Assembly: GCA_039920285.1 (NCBI GenBank)
Contig: JBDSDX010000001.1
Span: 120,001-152,000, forward strand
DNA: 32,000 nt
Direction: 5' to 3'
DNA from: Candidatus Saccharimonadota bacterium
Lineage (GTDB): Bacteria > Patescibacteriota > Saccharimonadia > Saccharimonadales > Saccharimonadaceae
The first letter of the stretch is position 1, and every line of letters starts with the position of its first letter. The translations under genes and the position numbers were made by a program. Below are positions 30,726 to 32,000 of the stretch, in pieces. The notes under the pieces were generated by a model, which worked only from the letters and a program-made list of their open reading frames with translations, was not told the DNA's origin and did no database searches.

Positions 30726-31730
30726 CTAAGCCTTGCCTGTGAAGAATTTGCGAAACTTTCGCATACCTGTCTGGTCGGGGGCAAGGTCATGTAAAATAAT
30801 AGAATTTATATAACTTGTCGGTACTTTTCGTTTGCTTTGAATGCCAATTCTTAGCCATAGACTTCGAATCCAAAAATAACCTATTGATGCCAACCATCCT
30901 TTTAATGCCGAAAAGCCGGTACCATTTTTCACAGCGTTCCCGAAAAACAAAATGTAGAGAACGAGTAAACGAAAGCCGATGGGAAGAAAGAGTCCTGCCG
31001 GGACATTTTTAATAAACAGGAGAGGGATGTTTTTAAATGTTTGATAGACGGTAAAGCCGGGTATTTTTTTACTTGTTGCACCTTGTTGATGATAGGCAAT
31101 AGCTCTATTGGTGAAGTAAACCTTGTGATCGGCAAGTTGAGCACGAAAACTAATGTCTGCATCCTCGAAATAAGCAAAGAAGCTCTCATCAAACAATCCG
31201 ATTTCTTTAAAAAGAGAGGTTTTATAAAGACTGGCGCCTCCTGTGGCTCCAAATACAAAATCAGACGGTTCTACTGACATGGCTGATCGGCCACGGCTTC
31301 TTGCAAACGAGGTTCCCCAGACAGAATAGTATTCGCCTGTGCTGTCGATCTTGTCACCCTTTGAATTCAAAAGAAGACCGGTGACGATTGATGCCTTACG
31401 AGTCTCTTTTGTAAGTTCACTCAACCACTCTTTGTCAGCTATGGCATCATTATTAATCAAGGCAACATTATCGAAACGGTTATTAATTGCGTAGGCGATT
31501 CCAGTATTAACACCGCCAGCGAAACCTTTGTTCTTTTTATTGTAAATGACAACTAAGTCTTCGTGTTTATTTGCGATTTCTTGGAGTTTGTCCTGTGACC
31601 CATCTATAGATCCATTATCAATAACAAGGATTTTGAAGTTCTGATATGTTTGGTTGAAGAGTGAATCAAGGCACTTTTCTGTGTCATTAATGCCATTCCA
31701 GTTCAGTACAACGATAAGGACGCTAGTCAT
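30726..31730 (-). CDS. Glycosyltransferase family 2
   Basis: VLIVVLNWNGINDTEKCLDSL..., VIDNGSIDGS and FEDADISFR match the GT2 DxD / rhamnosyltransferase-like pattern. Confidence 0.8.
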   Translation of the reverse strand: MTSVLIVVLNWNGINDTEKCLDSLFNQTYQNFKILVIDNGSIDGSQDKLQEIANKHEDLVVIYNKKNKGFAGGVNTGIAYAINNRFDNVALINNDAIADKEWLSELTKETRKASIVTGLLLNSKGDKIDSTGEYYSVWGTSFARSRGRSAMSVEPSDFVFGATGGASLYKTSLFKEIGLFDESFFAYFEDADISFRAQLADHKVYFTNRAIAYHQQGATSKKIPGFTVYQTFKNIPLLFIKNVPAGLFLPIGFRLLVLYILFFGNAVKNGTGFSALKGWLASIGYFWIRSLWLRIGIQSKRKVPTSYINSIILHDLAPDQTGMRKFRKFFTGKA

Positions 31731-31765
31731 AATATTGCTTCTATCTTATAATTAATCCTGAACTT

Positions 31766-32000
31766 ATGAAACTTTCAAATATTTTTCGAAAAAAGAACAG
31801 AGTCCTTTTAGGCGAACTTGTTCGAACAGAATTCAAGCTTAGATATCAAGACTCGGCACTTGGATTCCTGTGGTCTTTATTGAAACCATTACTTATGTTC
31901 GCGATTCTTTATTTTGTGTTCGGACATTTATTGAAAATCGGATCAAGTATTGAACATTATGCCGTCTATCTATTACTCGGAGTCGTTCTTTGGAACTTCT
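31766..32000 (+). CDS. ABC-2 type polysaccharide/teichoic-acid exporter permease (Wzm/TagG-like), 3' end outside window
   Basis: Not in the ORF track because there is no stop in the window. My translation is MKLSNIFRKKNRVLLGELVRTEFKLRYQDSALGFLWSLLKPLLMFAILYFVFGHLLKIG..., the characteristic N-terminus of ABC-2 permeases (F..RY..S.LG..W....P). Confidence 0.7.
   Translation, partial: MKLSNIFRKKNRVLLGELVRTEFKLRYQDSALGFLWSLLKPLLMFAILYFVFGHLLKIGSSIEHYAVYLLLGVVLWNF

Noticed and set aside
1-32000. Alternative genetic code (UGA recoding, as in some CPR lineages)
   Set aside because: Well-supported genes end at TGA (for example the hydrolase gene at 19620-19622). All conserved genes are intact and of normal length under the standard bacterial code.
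1-32000. CRISPR arrays, rRNA, transposases, toxin-antitoxin or known defence-system genes
   Set aside because: I saw no regularly spaced direct repeats, no rRNA-like sequence, no transposase or integrase-like ORFs and no recognisable defence-gene motifs. Intergenic gaps are all 277 bp or less and are accounted for by promoters, terminators, tRNAs or oriC.

Overview
The window looks like the chromosomal replication-origin region of a small, tightly packed bacterial genome. By inference it is Patescibacteria/CPR, Saccharibacteria-like, and it uses the standard genetic code.

Right half (about 20.2-32 kb), ordinary core genes:
- recF, dnaN and dnaA lie on the minus strand. DnaA-box clusters sit on both sides of dnaA, which suggests a bipartite oriC.
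- These are followed by rpmH-rnpA-yidC-jag on the plus strand.
- Next is a minus-strand envelope-glycan operon (GT1, GtrA, two GT2 genes) with sucC/sucD embedded in it.
- A partial ABC-2 exporter permease gene runs off the right edge.

Left and middle (about 2.6-20.2 kb), a type IV secretion (T4SS)-like locus of the Gram-positive/CPR kind:
- Six divergent paralogs of a small two-TM VirB2/TrbC-type pilin-like protein. One sits between two tRNA-Ser genes; the other five form a head-to-tail minus-strand array.
- A roughly 13.4 kb plus-strand operon encodes a lipobox protein and a 1189-aa VirB6-like polytopic giant. It continues with a PrgI/VirB3-like protein and a VirB4 ATPase that appears split into two coupled ORFs. 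It ends with a 1089-aa membrane-anchored protein carrying a C-terminal VanY/M15 peptidase motif, a lysozyme-like plus NlpC/P60-like hydrolase, and a PEGA-like membrane protein.
- No coupling protein (VirD4), relaxase, VirB11, integrase or flanking repeats are visible. I therefore read it as a resident, non-conjugative T4SS-like machine whose function is unknown.

Far left: a DUF4352-like protein, two Nudix hydrolases, three tRNAs (Arg-GCG, Ser-GCU, Ser-UGA, all with encoded CCA), comFC and hsp20.

All family assignments come from reading motifs by eye. No database search was run.
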